Assembly (NCBI RefSeq): GCF_037042905.1
Contig: NC_087245.1
Location: forward strand, 3,350,001-3,414,000
DNA: 64,000 nt
DNA from: Lytechinus pictus
Lineage: Eukaryota
Direction: 5' to 3'
The notes under the pieces were generated by a model. It ran no database searches. It saw only the letters and a program-made list of their open reading frames with translations, and was not told where the DNA came from. Positions 63,828-64,000 of this stretch are shown here, piece by piece. Position numbers and translations under genes: made by a program. Position 1 is the stretch's first letter. Each line of letters opens with the position of its first letter.

Positions 63828-64000
<173 letters not shown>

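Overview
This is AT-rich, repeat-dense eukaryotic DNA, most consistent with an invertebrate deuterostome. Echinoid (sea urchin) origin is an inference from the repeat families and is not proven. No intact long ORF is present; the ORF track is explained by low-complexity DNA, repeats and decayed LINE ORF2 fragments. I can delimit several non-autonomous DNA transposons (hAT-like, Tc1/mariner, CACTA-like, Sola1-like, Transib, Helentron-associated HINEs), tRNA-derived SINEs, four CR1/L2-type LINE relics, and one candidate promoter with a first coding exon (51.1-51.6 kb). The most notable structures are: (1) a 405-bp-period, partially tandem element flanked by (TA)n at 61.6-63.8 kb, each unit carrying a complete 72-nt tRNA cloverleaf (anticodon position reads UCA in two copies), an antisense leader and a predicted pseudoknot trailer; (2) a Transib element with 12/23-RSS-like ends inserted into one of those tRNAs; (3) a 3.6-kb near-perfect foldback element with TAT...ATA ends and a 6-bp TSD; (4) a 28 x 73-bp satellite born from inside a CR1 LINE; (5) nested inversions pivoting on (TA)n tracts.
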